Assembly (NCBI GenBank): GCA_965219955.1
Contig: OZ244799.1
Coordinates: 2,816,001 to 2,880,000 of the forward strand
DNA: 64,000 bases
Source of the DNA: a bacterium
GTDB taxonomy: Bacteria; UBA8248
Direction: 5' to 3'
Under the pieces are notes generated by a model, which was given only the letters and a program-made list of their open reading frames with translations, was not told the origin of the DNA and ran no database searches. Both the position numbers and the translations under genes were made by a program. Below are positions 19,277 to 29,527 of this stretch, in pieces. The number at the start of each line of letters is the position of its first letter. Position 1 is the stretch's first letter.

Positions 19277-19681
19277 CCGTTTTCTCCCGTTAGATAATTT
19301 GGTGAACCCTGATTCGGTGAATTATATACAATCCTGCCCGAAGGGGGTTATTGAAAAAGCCTTCTTGCGGCGCAATCCTCTTCTTCGTCCTGCACTGCCC
19401 GCCGCTCCGCCTCACCCTGAGTAGCGGCCCCTCGACTTCGCTCGGGGCAGGCTCCGCCGTCCCCACCACTTTCCTCACCCTGAGTAGCCGCCGAAGGCGG
19501 CGTATCGAAGGGCGAAGTTCGTGCCCCCCATCCTTCGATACGGCGCTTACGCGCCTACTCAGGATGAGGGTTTGGGGCGCTTGCCCGGGATGAGGGCGTC
19601 AAGGGGGGAGTGGTTCTTTTCACTCCCGTGAATTGGCGACGGCTCTCAAGGGGTCAAATCCAAACGATGTGGGAAAACCAC

Positions 19682-19818
19682 CGTCATTCCGGCGAAAGCC
19701 GGAATCCATTTGCCTTTCGTTTTTATACTGTCATTTACGAACTGAACATCGAGAAATGGAAATACCGCAATATGCGCCCCCCGTCTCTTTTTGGATTCCG
19801 GCTTTCGCCGGAATGACG
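19682..19818. repeat. Paired palindrome CGTCATTCCGGCGAAAGCCGGAATCCA...TGGATTCCGGCTTTCGCCGGAATGACG (also 36190-36404; half copy near 21849)
   Basis: Perfect inverted pair with variable spacer; resembles dRS3/RPE-type repeats. Confidence 0.85.
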
Positions 19819-20193
19819 AACAAAGCCGAATCGCATCCGTAGGGACAGGCCTCCGTGCCTGTCCGAGGGGCCCTGCGCCCGTCCTGACGCGGGACTGCAA
19901 AACCTCCAGGCGGCAGAACCACTCCACCTCATCCCGAGTAGGCGCGCTCGCGCGCCGTATCGAGGGAGCGCCCCTTCGACAGGCTCAGGACAGGCCCTTC
20001 ACCCGACGCAAGATGAACCCGTAGGACCGCGTGTATGGGACCCCTGCACCAACACCTTGCGCGGCGATTGTAGGAGTCGCATACATGCGGCCCATGACGG
20101 GCGGCGAAAAAGGCCGGGTCGCATGTATGTGTGGGGCGGTCCCGAGGAGGAACCGCCACCTACAAACCCATTGCGTACCCCCCGGGGGCGGAC

Positions 20194-21498
20194 CTATGCG
20201 TCCACGCCGCACCATTCGAGTATCAGGTGCAGCAGCCCGTCGACCGAGAGTTCCAGCTCGTCGATAAACGTGAATTCATCGGGAATGTGGCCCCGCGGGC
20301 ACTCCCCGCCGAACATGATGGTGGGCGTGCCGCCGTAGAGAACCGGGAACCGCATGTCCGTCGTCCCGTTCAGCGCCTGGCGCTGGCAGGGCCGGCCCGT
20401 GACCCGCTCGGCCACCGACAACGCCGTTTTGACGAACGGGTGTTCGGGGTCGGTAAGGCAGGGCTCCGCGCGCCTCTCCGTCCATTCCAGACGGGGCGGA
20501 TGCTCGCGAAGCCACGGGTCGGCTTGGGCGGCCCGGGCGAGGTGGTCTTCCACCAGTTGTTTCACCTCCTCGAGACCCTCTCGCGGGGCCACCCCCGCCA
20601 CGCCCTCCAGCACGCACTCGGCCGGGAGCTGGCCGATGGACACGCCCGCGCGGATCACGGTCACCACGAGGTTCACCGTGCGGGGTTCGAGCCCGCTTAT
20701 CTCGAAGCGTTTTTCCACCAGCGGCTCGCGAACCGCCTCTGCTCTTTGCGCGTCCAGCTCCCTGAGTGCTGCGTGGATATATTCGGCTTTCTCGATGGCG
20801 TTCACGAAAAGGTGCGCCGAACCCTTGTGACCGGCCTGGCCCGGCACGGTGATCCTGAAACTCACGTCGCCGCCCGAACCGATGTCCACGCCGCCGAGTC
20901 CGCCCGGCTTCATGTGCGTGTAAACGGCGCCATCCGCGCGAAGGCCACGGAGAACGCACGCCAGCATGCCCCCGCCCCCGCCTTCTTCTTCCTCGACGGT
21001 GGAGAGGAACGTCAGATCCCCCTTGAGGCGCACACCGGCGGCTTTCAACGCCTGTGCGCACGCGATCATGACGGCCAGCCCAGACTTGGCGTCTCCCGAC
21101 CCCCGCCCGTAGAGCCGGTTACCCTCCACCTCCCCTCCGAAGGGATCCTTCGTCCAGGCGCTTCCAGGGCCGGGCGGAACCGTGTCGGCATGGCAGAACA
21201 GGAGAAGCGACCTGCCGCCTCCCGCGCCCGGCATGCGGCCGATCACGTTCGGCCGCCCCGCATAACCGTTCTCCAGCGATGAGCGCGGGGCCGAGAACGC
21301 CGGATGCTCCCTCAACTCTTCCAGGTTCGCCTCGAACGCCTCCACATCGAGACCGGCACCGGCGAACCGTTGTTGCACCAGGGTCTGGACCGCCGTTTCC
21401 TCCCCCGTGGGGCTGGGGATCCGGACGAGTTCCTGAAGCAGGGCGGCCACGTCCATTCGCCGGGCCTGCGAAATCACCTTTTCGAGAGCGTCATCCAT
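20194..21498 (-). CDS. M20-family metallohydrolase (ArgE/DapE-like)
   Basis: HADTV, GRGSGDAKSG, EEE, GTTD, GHIPDE. Confidence 0.92.
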   Translation of the reverse strand: MDDALEKVISQARRMDVAALLQELVRIPSPTGEETAVQTLVQQRFAGAGLDVEAFEANLEELREHPAFSAPRSSLENGYAGRPNVIGRMPGAGGGRSLLLFCHADTVPPGPGSAWTKDPFGGEVEGNRLYGRGSGDAKSGLAVMIACAQALKAAGVRLKGDLTFLSTVEEEEGGGGGMLACVLRGLRADGAVYTHMKPGGLGGVDIGSGGDVSFRITVPGQAGHKGSAHLFVNAIEKAEYIHAALRELDAQRAEAVREPLVEKRFEISGLEPRTVNLVVTVIRAGVSIGQLPAECVLEGVAGVAPREGLEEVKQLVEDHLARAAQADPWLREHPPRLEWTERRAEPCLTDPEHPFVKTALSVAERVTGRPCQRQALNGTTDMRFPVLYGGTPTIMFGGECPRGHIPDEFTFIDELELSVDGLLHLILEWCGVDA

Positions 21499-21593
21499 GA
21501 AAAACCCTCCGCCTTTTTACATCTGCGGGTTGAATTCAAAATTCCCTCTCCAAAACCACTCCCTGGTGCCTGGGTTTTCTCACTCCCCTTTTG

Positions 21594-21760
21594 AGGGGGC
21601 TGTTGAAAAAGCCCCCCGAGGAGGGAGGGAATCCCGAGCATCGAATTGTTTACCGTAGGGACAGGCCTCCGTGCCTGTCCTGACGAAGGACAACCACGGA
21701 GGGTTGTCCCTACAAAACCATCGTAACCCCACCGCTTGAGGGGACTTTTCAACAATCCCT
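21594..21760. mobile_element. Composite TIR-shell element with a GTAG REP doublet as cargo
   Basis: AGGGGGCTGTTGAAAAAG ... CTTTTCAACAATCCCT, flanked by CACTCCCC..TTG / CAAGGGGGGAGTG. Confidence 0.6.
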
Positions 21761-21942
21761 CAAGGGGGGAGTGATTCTGGTATGCTCCATGGTGGGAATA
21801 CCCCCCAAGTAGAATGATAGACACTTTTCCCTGGTCGGTTTTGATCGCCGTTATTCCGGCGCATGCCGGAATCCAGAGCTCGGTATCCCAGTGCTGAGTC
21901 ATATATATAATCCCCAAAAGAAAGGCCCGGCAGCTAAGTGTA

Positions 21943-22965
21943 TCAATCGGCCGCGGCGTCGACGCCGACGTCGCCTGCGAAATGACAGGCCACCGTATGG
22001 CCGGGCCGGAGCTCCTGCAGCACCGGCTTCTCTTCCACGCAGCGCTTCTCGCTGTAGGGACACCGCGTATGGAAGCGGCACCCCGTCGGCGGGTCGAGGG
22101 CGGAGGGAACCTCTCCCTCGAGGATGATGCGCCGCCGCTTCCTGGCCTTCACCGGGTCCGCCACCGGCGTGGCCGAGAGCAGCGCCTGCGTGTAGGGGTG
22201 CAGGGGGGTCGTGAAGAGCGACTCCACCGCCGCAAGCTCCACGATCTCGCCCAAATACATGACCCCCACCCTGTCGCAGACCGAGCGTACTACGCCTAAG
22301 TCGTGCGTGATGAAGAGGTAGGAGAGATCATGCTGCGCCTGAAGAGCTTTCAGGAGGTTCAGGATTTGGGCGCGGATGGAGATGTCGAGCGAGGAGACCG
22401 GCTCGTCTGCGATCACCAGCCGGGGCTTCAGCGTGAGCGCCCGCGCGATGCCGATACGCTGGCGCTGGCCGCCGCTGAGCTGGTGGGGGTAGCGGTCCAT
22501 GAAGATTTCGCCCGGCTCCATGCCCACCTGGTTCAGGAGCCCGACGACGGTCTCGTCGATCTCCCCTTTCCCGGCCGCGTCATGATTGAGGAGGGGCTGG
22601 CGCAGGATGGCCCGCACGGTGCGCCTGGGATTCAGGGATTCGAAGGGGTCCTGAAAGATCATCTGCACGTCGCGGTTGTACTGCTTGAGGGCGGGCCCGC
22701 TCAGTTCCGCGACCTCTTTCTGGTCGAAGAGGATGCTCCCGTCATCGGGTTTTTCCAGTTTCGCCAGCAGGCGCGCCGTCGTCGTTTTCCCGCAGCCGCT
22801 CTCACCCACCAGGGCGAACGATTCGCCGGCGCTGACCGAGAAGCTGATGTCGTCCACGGCGTGCACGTGGCGGGGAGGCCTGAGCCATCCCCCGTCGACG
22901 GGGAAGTGCTTCGTCAGCCTTTGCACTTGGAGGAGTGAATGATTCATCGCGGCGGACTCACTCAT
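21943..22965 (-). CDS. Oligo/dipeptide ABC transporter ATP-binding protein (OppF/DppF-like)
   Basis: GESGCGKTT, LSGGQRQR, HPYT, GCRFHTRC. Confidence 0.95.
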   Translation of the reverse strand: MSESAAMNHSLLQVQRLTKHFPVDGGWLRPPRHVHAVDDISFSVSAGESFALVGESGCGKTTTARLLAKLEKPDDGSILFDQKEVAELSGPALKQYNRDVQMIFQDPFESLNPRRTVRAILRQPLLNHDAAGKGEIDETVVGLLNQVGMEPGEIFMDRYPHQLSGGQRQRIGIARALTLKPRLVIADEPVSSLDISIRAQILNLLKALQAQHDLSYLFITHDLGVVRSVCDRVGVMYLGEIVELAAVESLFTTPLHPYTQALLSATPVADPVKARKRRRIILEGEVPSALDPPTGCRFHTRCPYSEKRCVEEKPVLQELRPGHTVACHFAGDVGVDAAAD

Positions 22966-23941
22966 AAAGCCAGCAAGCCACCATCCGTCCCTCCCCCAGA
23001 TCCAGGGATGGCGGCGACTCCTCGCGGCAGATGTCTTTGACGTGGGGGCAACGCGGGTGGAAGCGGCAGCCCGAGGGCATGTCCGTCGGGTTCGGCACCT
23101 GCCCCTCGATGGTCTCGAATACCTCGACCCGCTTGTCGGGGCTGAGCGTCGAGCGCAGGAGGCCCTCCGTATAGGGATGCTTCGGTTCGGCGAACAGGGT
23201 GAAGGTGTCGGCGTGCTCCACGATCTGGCCCGCGTACATGATGTAGATCCGGTCGCAATGCTCCGCCACCAGGCCGATATCGTGGGTGATCAGGAACAGG
23301 GCGTTCTGGAGTTCCTCGCGGAGGTGGGCGAGCAGGTCCATGATCTGCGCCTGAATGGTCACGTCCAGCGCCGTGGTGGGCTCATCGGCGATGAGCAGGG
23401 ACGGGCGGCACGAGATGGCCATGGCGATGAGCACCCGCTGGCGCATGCCGCCGCTCAACTGATGGGGGTAGCTGTCATACACCCTCTGAGGCGACGGGAT
23501 GCCGACGCGCTCGAACGCGTCGAGCACCTGCGAGCGGGCCTCCCCCTTCGAGACGTCCTGGTGTTCCAGCACCACTTCCGCCACCTGGGCGCCCGCCCGC
23601 ATGACGGGGTTCAGATACGTCATGGGGTCCTGGAAGACCATGGCGATTTCCGTCCCGCGCAGGTCGCACATGCCCGCCGTGTCCAGCGTCAGAAGATCCA
23701 CGTCGTTCAGCAGTATTTCGCCCGAGAGGATGCGGGCCACGACCGGCTGGAGCCGGATGATGGTGAGCGCCGTCATGGATTTCCCCGAACCCGACTCGCC
23801 GACCAGCGCAACGGCTTCCTTGCGGTTCACTTCCAGCGAGACGCCGTCTACGGCCTTGATCACGCCGGAGGGGACGTCGAGATAGGTCCTGAGGTCCGAG
23901 ACCCGCAGGAGGCCGTTTCGGTTTTCAGCGGTCGCGTTCAT
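22958..23941 (-). CDS. Oligo/dipeptide ABC transporter ATP-binding protein (OppD/DppD-like)
   Basis: [24 protein letters not shown]. Start at ATG 23941 overlapping the upstream stop. Confidence 0.93.
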   Translation of the reverse strand: MNATAENRNGLLRVSDLRTYLDVPSGVIKAVDGVSLEVNRKEAVALVGESGSGKSMTALTIIRLQPVVARILSGEILLNDVDLLTLDTAGMCDLRGTEIAMVFQDPMTYLNPVMRAGAQVAEVVLEHQDVSKGEARSQVLDAFERVGIPSPQRVYDSYPHQLSGGMRQRVLIAMAISCRPSLLIADEPTTALDVTIQAQIMDLLAHLREELQNALFLITHDIGLVAEHCDRIYIMYAGQIVEHADTFTLFAEPKHPYTEGLLRSTLSPDKRVEVFETIEGQVPNPTDMPSGCRFHPRCPHVKDICREESPPSLDLGEGRMVACWLYE

Positions 23942-24837
23942 AGGCCGGTCCGGTGAATCTCGGAGGAGCGGGGGTTGAGCACGTCGTTCAGGCCGTCTCC
24001 CAGCAGGTTGAGCGTCAGGACGGAGAGAAAAATGCCCAGACCGGGATACACGGCCATCCACCACGCCTGGCGCAGAAAGGGCTGGGCCTCATACAGCATC
24101 CGCCCCCAGGTGACCAGGCTGGGGTCTCCCAGGCCCAGATAGCTCAAGCCCGCTTCGAGCAGCATCGCCTGCGCGGTCAGCAGCGAGGCGTTCACGACCA
24201 CGACACCGATGGCGTTCGGCAGAATCTCGCGGAAAATGATCGTCGAGCGCTTCGTGCCGATCACGTGCGCGGCGTCCACGAACTGCCGCGTGCGCAGGGT
24301 CAGGAACTCCGAGCGGACGAGGCGGGCCGTCACCGGCCACGTCAGGATGGATATGGCCAGGATGATGTTCCAGATGTTCGCCCCGAAGAAGGCCACGATG
24401 ATAAGAGCCAGGAAAAAGCGCGGAATCACCATGAAGGTCTCGGTGAGCCGCATCAGGATGTCGTCCACCCAACCGCCCAGGTAGCCTGAGATCGTGCCCA
24501 CGAGAAGGCCCAGGAACGTCGTGGCGAAGGCCGCCGAGAAACCGACGAATATCGAGACCCGCCCGCCCCACAGGATGCGGCTGAAAACGTCGCGGCCGAG
24601 GTTGTCTACGCCCATGATGTTGCGGAAGCTATGCCCGCCCAGCCTCGAGCCCGAACCCAGCGCGTAAGGGTCATAGGGCGCCAGGACGGGCGCAAGCAAT
24701 ACGAGCAGAACCAGCACCAGAAGAATGGACCCCGCGATGGGCACCGCGCGGTTCTGGCTGAACGCTCCCCAGACGGCTCTCCACTGGAGCCCTCTGTTCG
24801 AGCTTCGATGATCGATTGTATCCGCCGATGTCGTCAC
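23938..24837 (-). CDS. Peptide ABC transporter permease (OppC/DppC-like)
   Basis: GVDNLGRDVFSR, EAGLSYLGLG, NLLGDGLND. Confidence 0.95.
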   Translation of the reverse strand: MTTSADTIDHRSSNRGLQWRAVWGAFSQNRAVPIAGSILLVLVLLVLLAPVLAPYDPYALGSGSRLGGHSFRNIMGVDNLGRDVFSRILWGGRVSIFVGFSAAFATTFLGLLVGTISGYLGGWVDDILMRLTETFMVIPRFFLALIIVAFFGANIWNIILAISILTWPVTARLVRSEFLTLRTRQFVDAAHVIGTKRSTIIFREILPNAIGVVVVNASLLTAQAMLLEAGLSYLGLGDPSLVTWGRMLYEAQPFLRQAWWMAVYPGLGIFLSVLTLNLLGDGLNDVLNPRSSEIHRTGL

Positions 24838-24849
24838 GAGCCTGAGTTC

Positions 24850-25833
24850 CTAGTTATACGCCACGCGCGGGTCGATCAGGGCGTAGAGAATGTCCGTGAT
24901 GAGGTTCGCCAGCATGATCATCATCGAGACGACGAGGAAGATCCCCAGAATCATCGGGTAGTCCCGCGCGGTGATGGATTCGAAGATCAGCCTGCCCATG
25001 CCCGGCCACCCGAACACGGTCTCGGTGAACACCGAGCCCGCCATGACGTAGGCGAAATTGATGCCGATCACGGTGACCACCGGGAGCAGCGCATTGCGCA
25101 GGGCGTGCCGGTAGAGCACGCGGCGTTCGTTCAACCCCTTGGATTTCGCGGTCAGGATGAAGTCCTGCGCGAGCGTCTCCTGCATCTTGCCCCGCGTGAT
25201 CCGGAACACGAGGGTCATGTGGTAGGTGGCGTAGGTGATCGCGGGAAGGAGCAGGTGCTTCAGGACGTCCAGGACCGCGGGCCAGCCGGGTTCCACCCCG
25301 CGCATCGAATACATGCCCTGGCTCGGCAGCCAGTCCAGATAAAGGGCGAAAAAGAGTATGAGAAGCTGGCCCAGCCAGAAAATGGGCATCGAATAGCCGG
25401 CGAGCGAAGCCAGGGTCGCCAGGTGGTCGCCCACCGAATAGGAATAGCGCGATGCGATGACGCCGAGAACCACCCCCATGAGGCTGGCGATGGAGAAGGC
25501 CGTCGCCATCAGGAGCATGGTCGCGGGCAGACGATCGATGATGACGCCGAGCACGGGGGAGTTGTGCCAGGTGGAATAGCCCAGGTCCAGATGAAGAAGC
25601 TTCCAGAGGTAAATCCCCATCTGGACGTAAAGGGGCTTGTCCAGGCCGAACTCCTTGCGCAGTTCCGCATAGGCCTCCGGCGTGGCCTCTGTGACGCTGG
25701 CCAGGTAGATGGCCGGATCGCCCGGAGCGAGATGTATGATGGTGAAGTTGATGATGATGACCCAGAAAACGAGAGGGACGGCCTGGAGGATTCGCCTTAC
25801 GCTGTAACGCAGAAGCGGATAATCGCCTGCCAT
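24850..25833 (-). CDS. Peptide ABC transporter permease (OppB/DppB-like)
   Basis: APGDPA, AKSKGL, HALRNA, ETVFGWPGMG, DPRV. Confidence 0.95.
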   Translation of the reverse strand: MAGDYPLLRYSVRRILQAVPLVFWVIIINFTIIHLAPGDPAIYLASVTEATPEAYAELRKEFGLDKPLYVQMGIYLWKLLHLDLGYSTWHNSPVLGVIIDRLPATMLLMATAFSIASLMGVVLGVIASRYSYSVGDHLATLASLAGYSMPIFWLGQLLILFFALYLDWLPSQGMYSMRGVEPGWPAVLDVLKHLLLPAITYATYHMTLVFRITRGKMQETLAQDFILTAKSKGLNERRVLYRHALRNALLPVVTVIGINFAYVMAGSVFTETVFGWPGMGRLIFESITARDYPMILGIFLVVSMMIMLANLITDILYALIDPRVAYN

Positions 25834-25917
25834 GGATCGCCCCTCGGTGAGACGTCAGGAAACCCGCGGGGCCCCGCCCGGAGACGGGGCCCCTGAAACA
25901 CGATTCGAATACCGGGA

Positions 25918-27534
25918 CTACTTCTGGTAAGCGTCCTCCCGAGTGCAATACGCGCAGTAGGGACGCGTGACCACGTCCGCCCATTTCGCCGAATGCGTGT
26001 GGACGAAGGGCGTCTCGAACAGCGGGATCACGGGCGCGTCGGCCGCGACCATATCGACGATCTGACGCCACGCGGCGCCCCGCTTCTTCACGTCGGGGAT
26101 CTGCCATTCGGCGTCGAGGAGACGCTGAACGCCGACGTTGATGTAGGACGGCGCGTTGTTGAAGTTCGCCGAGCCGATGTTGTTCCTGTCATAGACCCGC
26201 GTCACGCTGATCTTGGGGTCGGGCCCGGTGGTGAAGAACTGCATCATGATGTCGAAATCATGATTGATGTACACCTTCTTCAGCGTCGCCGCCCGGTCGA
26301 AGGACTCGATCTTGATGTCGATGCCGACCTTCTTGAGCTGCTGCTTGATTACCTCGGCCGCCAGTCCCTCGAAGCCGCGGCCCTTGGCCCAGGTTACCGT
26401 GAGGCTGAAGCGCTTGCCTCCCTTCATCGGGTAGCCCGCCTCGTCGAGCAGCCTGTTCGCCATCTTCAGGTCCTGCTTGTACTGGGCGAAGCTGCCCTTG
26501 TGCGCCCACTTCATGGCCGAGTGCATGATGCCGTTCGCCACTTTCGCGGTGCCCCCGGTAGCCAGCTGGCTGATCTGGTTCTTGTCCAGCGCATACGCGA
26601 TCGCCTGGCGAACCTTCGCGTTCCCGGTGATGGGCCGCCGCATGTTCAGGAGCATGAACTCGACCTGACCCGTCGCTTCTCCCCCCTTGTCGAGGACGAC
26701 GAGTTTCGGGTTCTTCTTGAGGCGTGCGGCCTGATCCCAGGGGATGAGGGCCGCGCGGAGATAGTCTATCTCCCCTTTCTCCAGGGCGATGAGCCGGGTG
26801 TTGGCGTCCGAGACGAACCGGATGACCAGCTCATCCGCGTAGGGCTTGGGCGCGTTCCAGTAATTCGGGTTGCGCACGAGCCGGACGTGGCTGCCCTTCT
26901 TGTACTCCTTGAGCATGAAGGGCCCGGTTCCGACGGGTTTCTTGCTATACGGAGCGTTCAGGAACGCCTTGCGGCTGCCCACGTGATCCTTCCACAGATG
27001 CTTGGGATAGATGGCGGGGCCGCCGAAGATCACGCCCATCACGGTGAGCAGGGGGGCGAAAGGCTTCTTGAGGCGGACGACGATGGTGTACTTGTCCGGC
27101 GCCTCCACCTTCTCCGCCACCGGCTTCCAGAACACGCGCGAGCGCGGGTTGTACGGCAGGCACTTCTCGAGCGAGAACTTCACGTCTTCGCTCGTCATCT
27201 CCTTGCCGTCGTGGAACTTCACGCCCTTCCGGAGGTGGAAGACGAGCGTCTTCCCGCCGTCCTTGACCTCCCAGGATTTCGCCAGCTCCGGCTTCGGGTT
27301 GAGTGCGAAATCGAGCGTGATCAGCTTGTTGTAGATGTTCACGGCCGGCACCTGGACCGTCGTGCCCGGTTTGACGATCAGGTTGAAGTGCCCCGGATCG
27401 GCTTCCAGGCCAATGACCAGCGTGCCTCCCCGCTTCTGGGCCCATGCGGACCCTTGAACCTGGCCGAATACAAGCACCGCCGCGAGAATAAAGAAAACAG
27501 CGACTCTTCCGAACCGGATCTTATGCCGTTCCAT
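25918..27534 (-). CDS. Peptide ABC transporter substrate-binding protein (family 5)
   Basis: PELAKSW, LRKGVKFHDG, PVGTGPF. RBS GGAGGG before ATG 27534. Confidence 0.92.
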   Translation of the reverse strand: MERHKIRFGRVAVFFILAAVLVFGQVQGSAWAQKRGGTLVIGLEADPGHFNLIVKPGTTVQVPAVNIYNKLITLDFALNPKPELAKSWEVKDGGKTLVFHLRKGVKFHDGKEMTSEDVKFSLEKCLPYNPRSRVFWKPVAEKVEAPDKYTIVVRLKKPFAPLLTVMGVIFGGPAIYPKHLWKDHVGSRKAFLNAPYSKKPVGTGPFMLKEYKKGSHVRLVRNPNYWNAPKPYADELVIRFVSDANTRLIALEKGEIDYLRAALIPWDQAARLKKNPKLVVLDKGGEATGQVEFMLLNMRRPITGNAKVRQAIAYALDKNQISQLATGGTAKVANGIMHSAMKWAHKGSFAQYKQDLKMANRLLDEAGYPMKGGKRFSLTVTWAKGRGFEGLAAEVIKQQLKKVGIDIKIESFDRAATLKKVYINHDFDIMMQFFTTGPDPKISVTRVYDRNNIGSANFNNAPSYINVGVQRLLDAEWQIPDVKKRGAAWRQIVDMVAADAPVIPLFETPFVHTHSAKWADVVTRPYCAYCTREDAYQK

Positions 27535-27705
27535 TGCTCTTCCCTCCAAAATGATGGGTTGCCACGAACACTCCCGCATGGATCGGGACTTCGTGCCGCA
27601 ATGTCCTATCACCTCCGGGGTTGAACCCCCGCCATGAGTCCAGGGATCAGCAACCGGGGGCGATGCAGCGTTGAATCCGTTCTCCTCTCGAGTTCGACTC
27701 AAGTT

Positions 27706-28761
27706 TCAGCCGGTGAAGGAAAATTCCATCTTTCGCGTGACGCTGTGCGTGTTGCCGAACGTCGGGATGACGAGGCTGTGCTTGCCGAGGCCGCCCGCCA
27801 CGAACAGGCAGATGCTATCCACGTCGTCTACGACGGGAACGCTTTCGAGGTCTTCCTGCGCCATGAGGTCGTCCCGGCGCCCCCGCGCGCGCGCGAGGTT
27901 CGCCGGCGCAAAAAGAAACGTCGGCACCCGGCCCCGCTCGTACAGGAAGGCCCGGATCCGAGGCGGATCCCAGCCGTCGCGCACGAGCATGTCCACGTGT
28001 TCGGGGCCGAGGACGACCACCATCTCGCCTCCGAACAGCGCGTTGTTGCTCCCCGCCTGCATCATCGACGAAGCGATGGACTGAAGCACGCCCTCGCCGT
28101 CCGTGCTGGCCGCGTCGTTGACCATGATGTGTGGGTCGACGGCGATGACCGTCACGGCGCTGTCGGTGCGCTCAAGGCCGCGCTCGACGTGGAGCGGCGG
28201 CCACGGGCTGGCCTCTTCGTTCTCGCCGATGCAGCTCGAGAACTTGCCCTGGTGGCCGAAGGTGCTGCGGTCCGTATCGCCCGGCTTGGCGCCCCCGATA
28301 TTCTGGAGGATGAAGCGAAAGGCTCTTCCGATGGTGGCGTTGGCCCGCCAGCCCTGGCCGAAGAGGTTTTCCCTGCAGTTGATCCCCAGCGCGCCCCGGG
28401 CGGGGCCGTGGACGACGATGAGCTGCGCGATGCAGTTCGTCGTCCCCTGAACGCCCGGCAGGTTGTATATGGGGTCGAAGATGGCGTCGACGGCGGTAAC
28501 GAGCACCGGCATGTATTCGGGCTTGCAGCCCGCCATGGCGGCGTTGACGGCGATCTTCTCGATCGTGGCGTCGCCGAACAGGTGGGGGATGCGGCCGCGG
28601 GATTCTTCGGGCGGCCGTCCCGATGCCTCCACCATGGCCGCCACCCGCTCTTCGGTCGGCGGGATGACGGGCAGCCCGTCCCCCCAGCCGCGTTCCATCA
28701 CGTACTCGAGGAGTTCCAGGGGGGATTCCGCCACCTCGTGGCGCACGGAGGCCAGCTTCAT
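27706..28761 (-). CDS. Conserved partner protein of UGSC-family (seleno)proteins (GDGLPVIPPTEERV family)
   Basis: GWGDGLPVIPPT, KIAVNAAMAGC, RANATIGRA motifs; ATGA-coupled to the upstream UGSC gene. Confidence 0.75.
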   Translation of the reverse strand: MKLASVRHEVAESPLELLEYVMERGWGDGLPVIPPTEERVAAMVEASGRPPEESRGRIPHLFGDATIEKIAVNAAMAGCKPEYMPVLVTAVDAIFDPIYNLPGVQGTTNCIAQLIVVHGPARGALGINCRENLFGQGWRANATIGRAFRFILQNIGGAKPGDTDRSTFGHQGKFSSCIGENEEASPWPPLHVERGLERTDSAVTVIAVDPHIMVNDAASTDGEGVLQSIASSMMQAGSNNALFGGEMVVVLGPEHVDMLVRDGWDPPRIRAFLYERGRVPTFLFAPANLARARGRRDDLMAQEDLESVPVVDDVDSICLFVAGGLGKHSLVIPTFGNTHSVTRKMEFSFTG

Positions 28762-29315
28762 CCTTCGTCTTCCGGCGGCGGCGCCTGCGTCAGGGACTCC
28801 GCCACGCTTTCGAGGATTCCGTCCGCGTGGGCGTGCACCGTATCGAGCGGTATTCCGGTGATGGGGTGGGGGATCGAGACGATGGGGAGGCCCGCGAAGC
28901 CCAGGGCGCGCGCCTTCTTGCGGCCGAAGGCCTCGAACATGTCCGTGATGATGGTGAGCGTGGGGAGCCCGCGCTGTTCGAGCTCAATCGCGTCGTGGAT
29001 ACTCCACGGCGTGCAGGACCCTCAGTCGGGCACCGCGTTCACCACGAAGTCGCACTCTTCCGCCATCCGCTCGATCAGGTCCTCCTCCAGGGGGAGCGCG
29101 CTGCCGCCCTTGCGGTAGTGCGTGAACGAACCGATGGGGTATTTCCCGCGCATCTGTTCTTCCAGCCGGAAGAGCAGCTTGTCGGAGTTCGGTTTCGTGT
29201 TATCGAGAAGACCCAGGCGAATGCCCTCGGGGGAGGCGGGGCGCGCGGCAGGCCGCACCTTCTCCATCGGAGGGGGTATTCCCGAGGGATCGAGGATCAC
29301 CAGAGTCTTCGCCAT
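28758..29315 (-). CDS. UGSC-family selenoprotein (185 aa, Sec at codon 98, TGA 29022-29024)
   Basis: ORFs 29022-29315 and 28758-28940 are one frame: VVNAVPD-U-GSCTPWSIHDAIELEQRGLPT. Hairpin CGTGGA-GTA-TCCACG follows the TGA. Confidence 0.85.
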
Positions 29316-29527
29316 AAAAGACTCCTCTCCTTCAACTACGTGGAGTCGTGCTTAACGCGGTCTGGAATCAGGATAAATGCTGAATCGCTATGATGAAGTA
29401 AGATTGTTGAAATTATCATCTATTCTTGCTGATAGTGTCAACAAACCCTCAAAACGCCTCTGCGCGTAGGCGTATGAGGTGAATCGGCATCCCGTCCGGC
29501 CGTTCACCCGCCGCCGCCGGGAATTCC

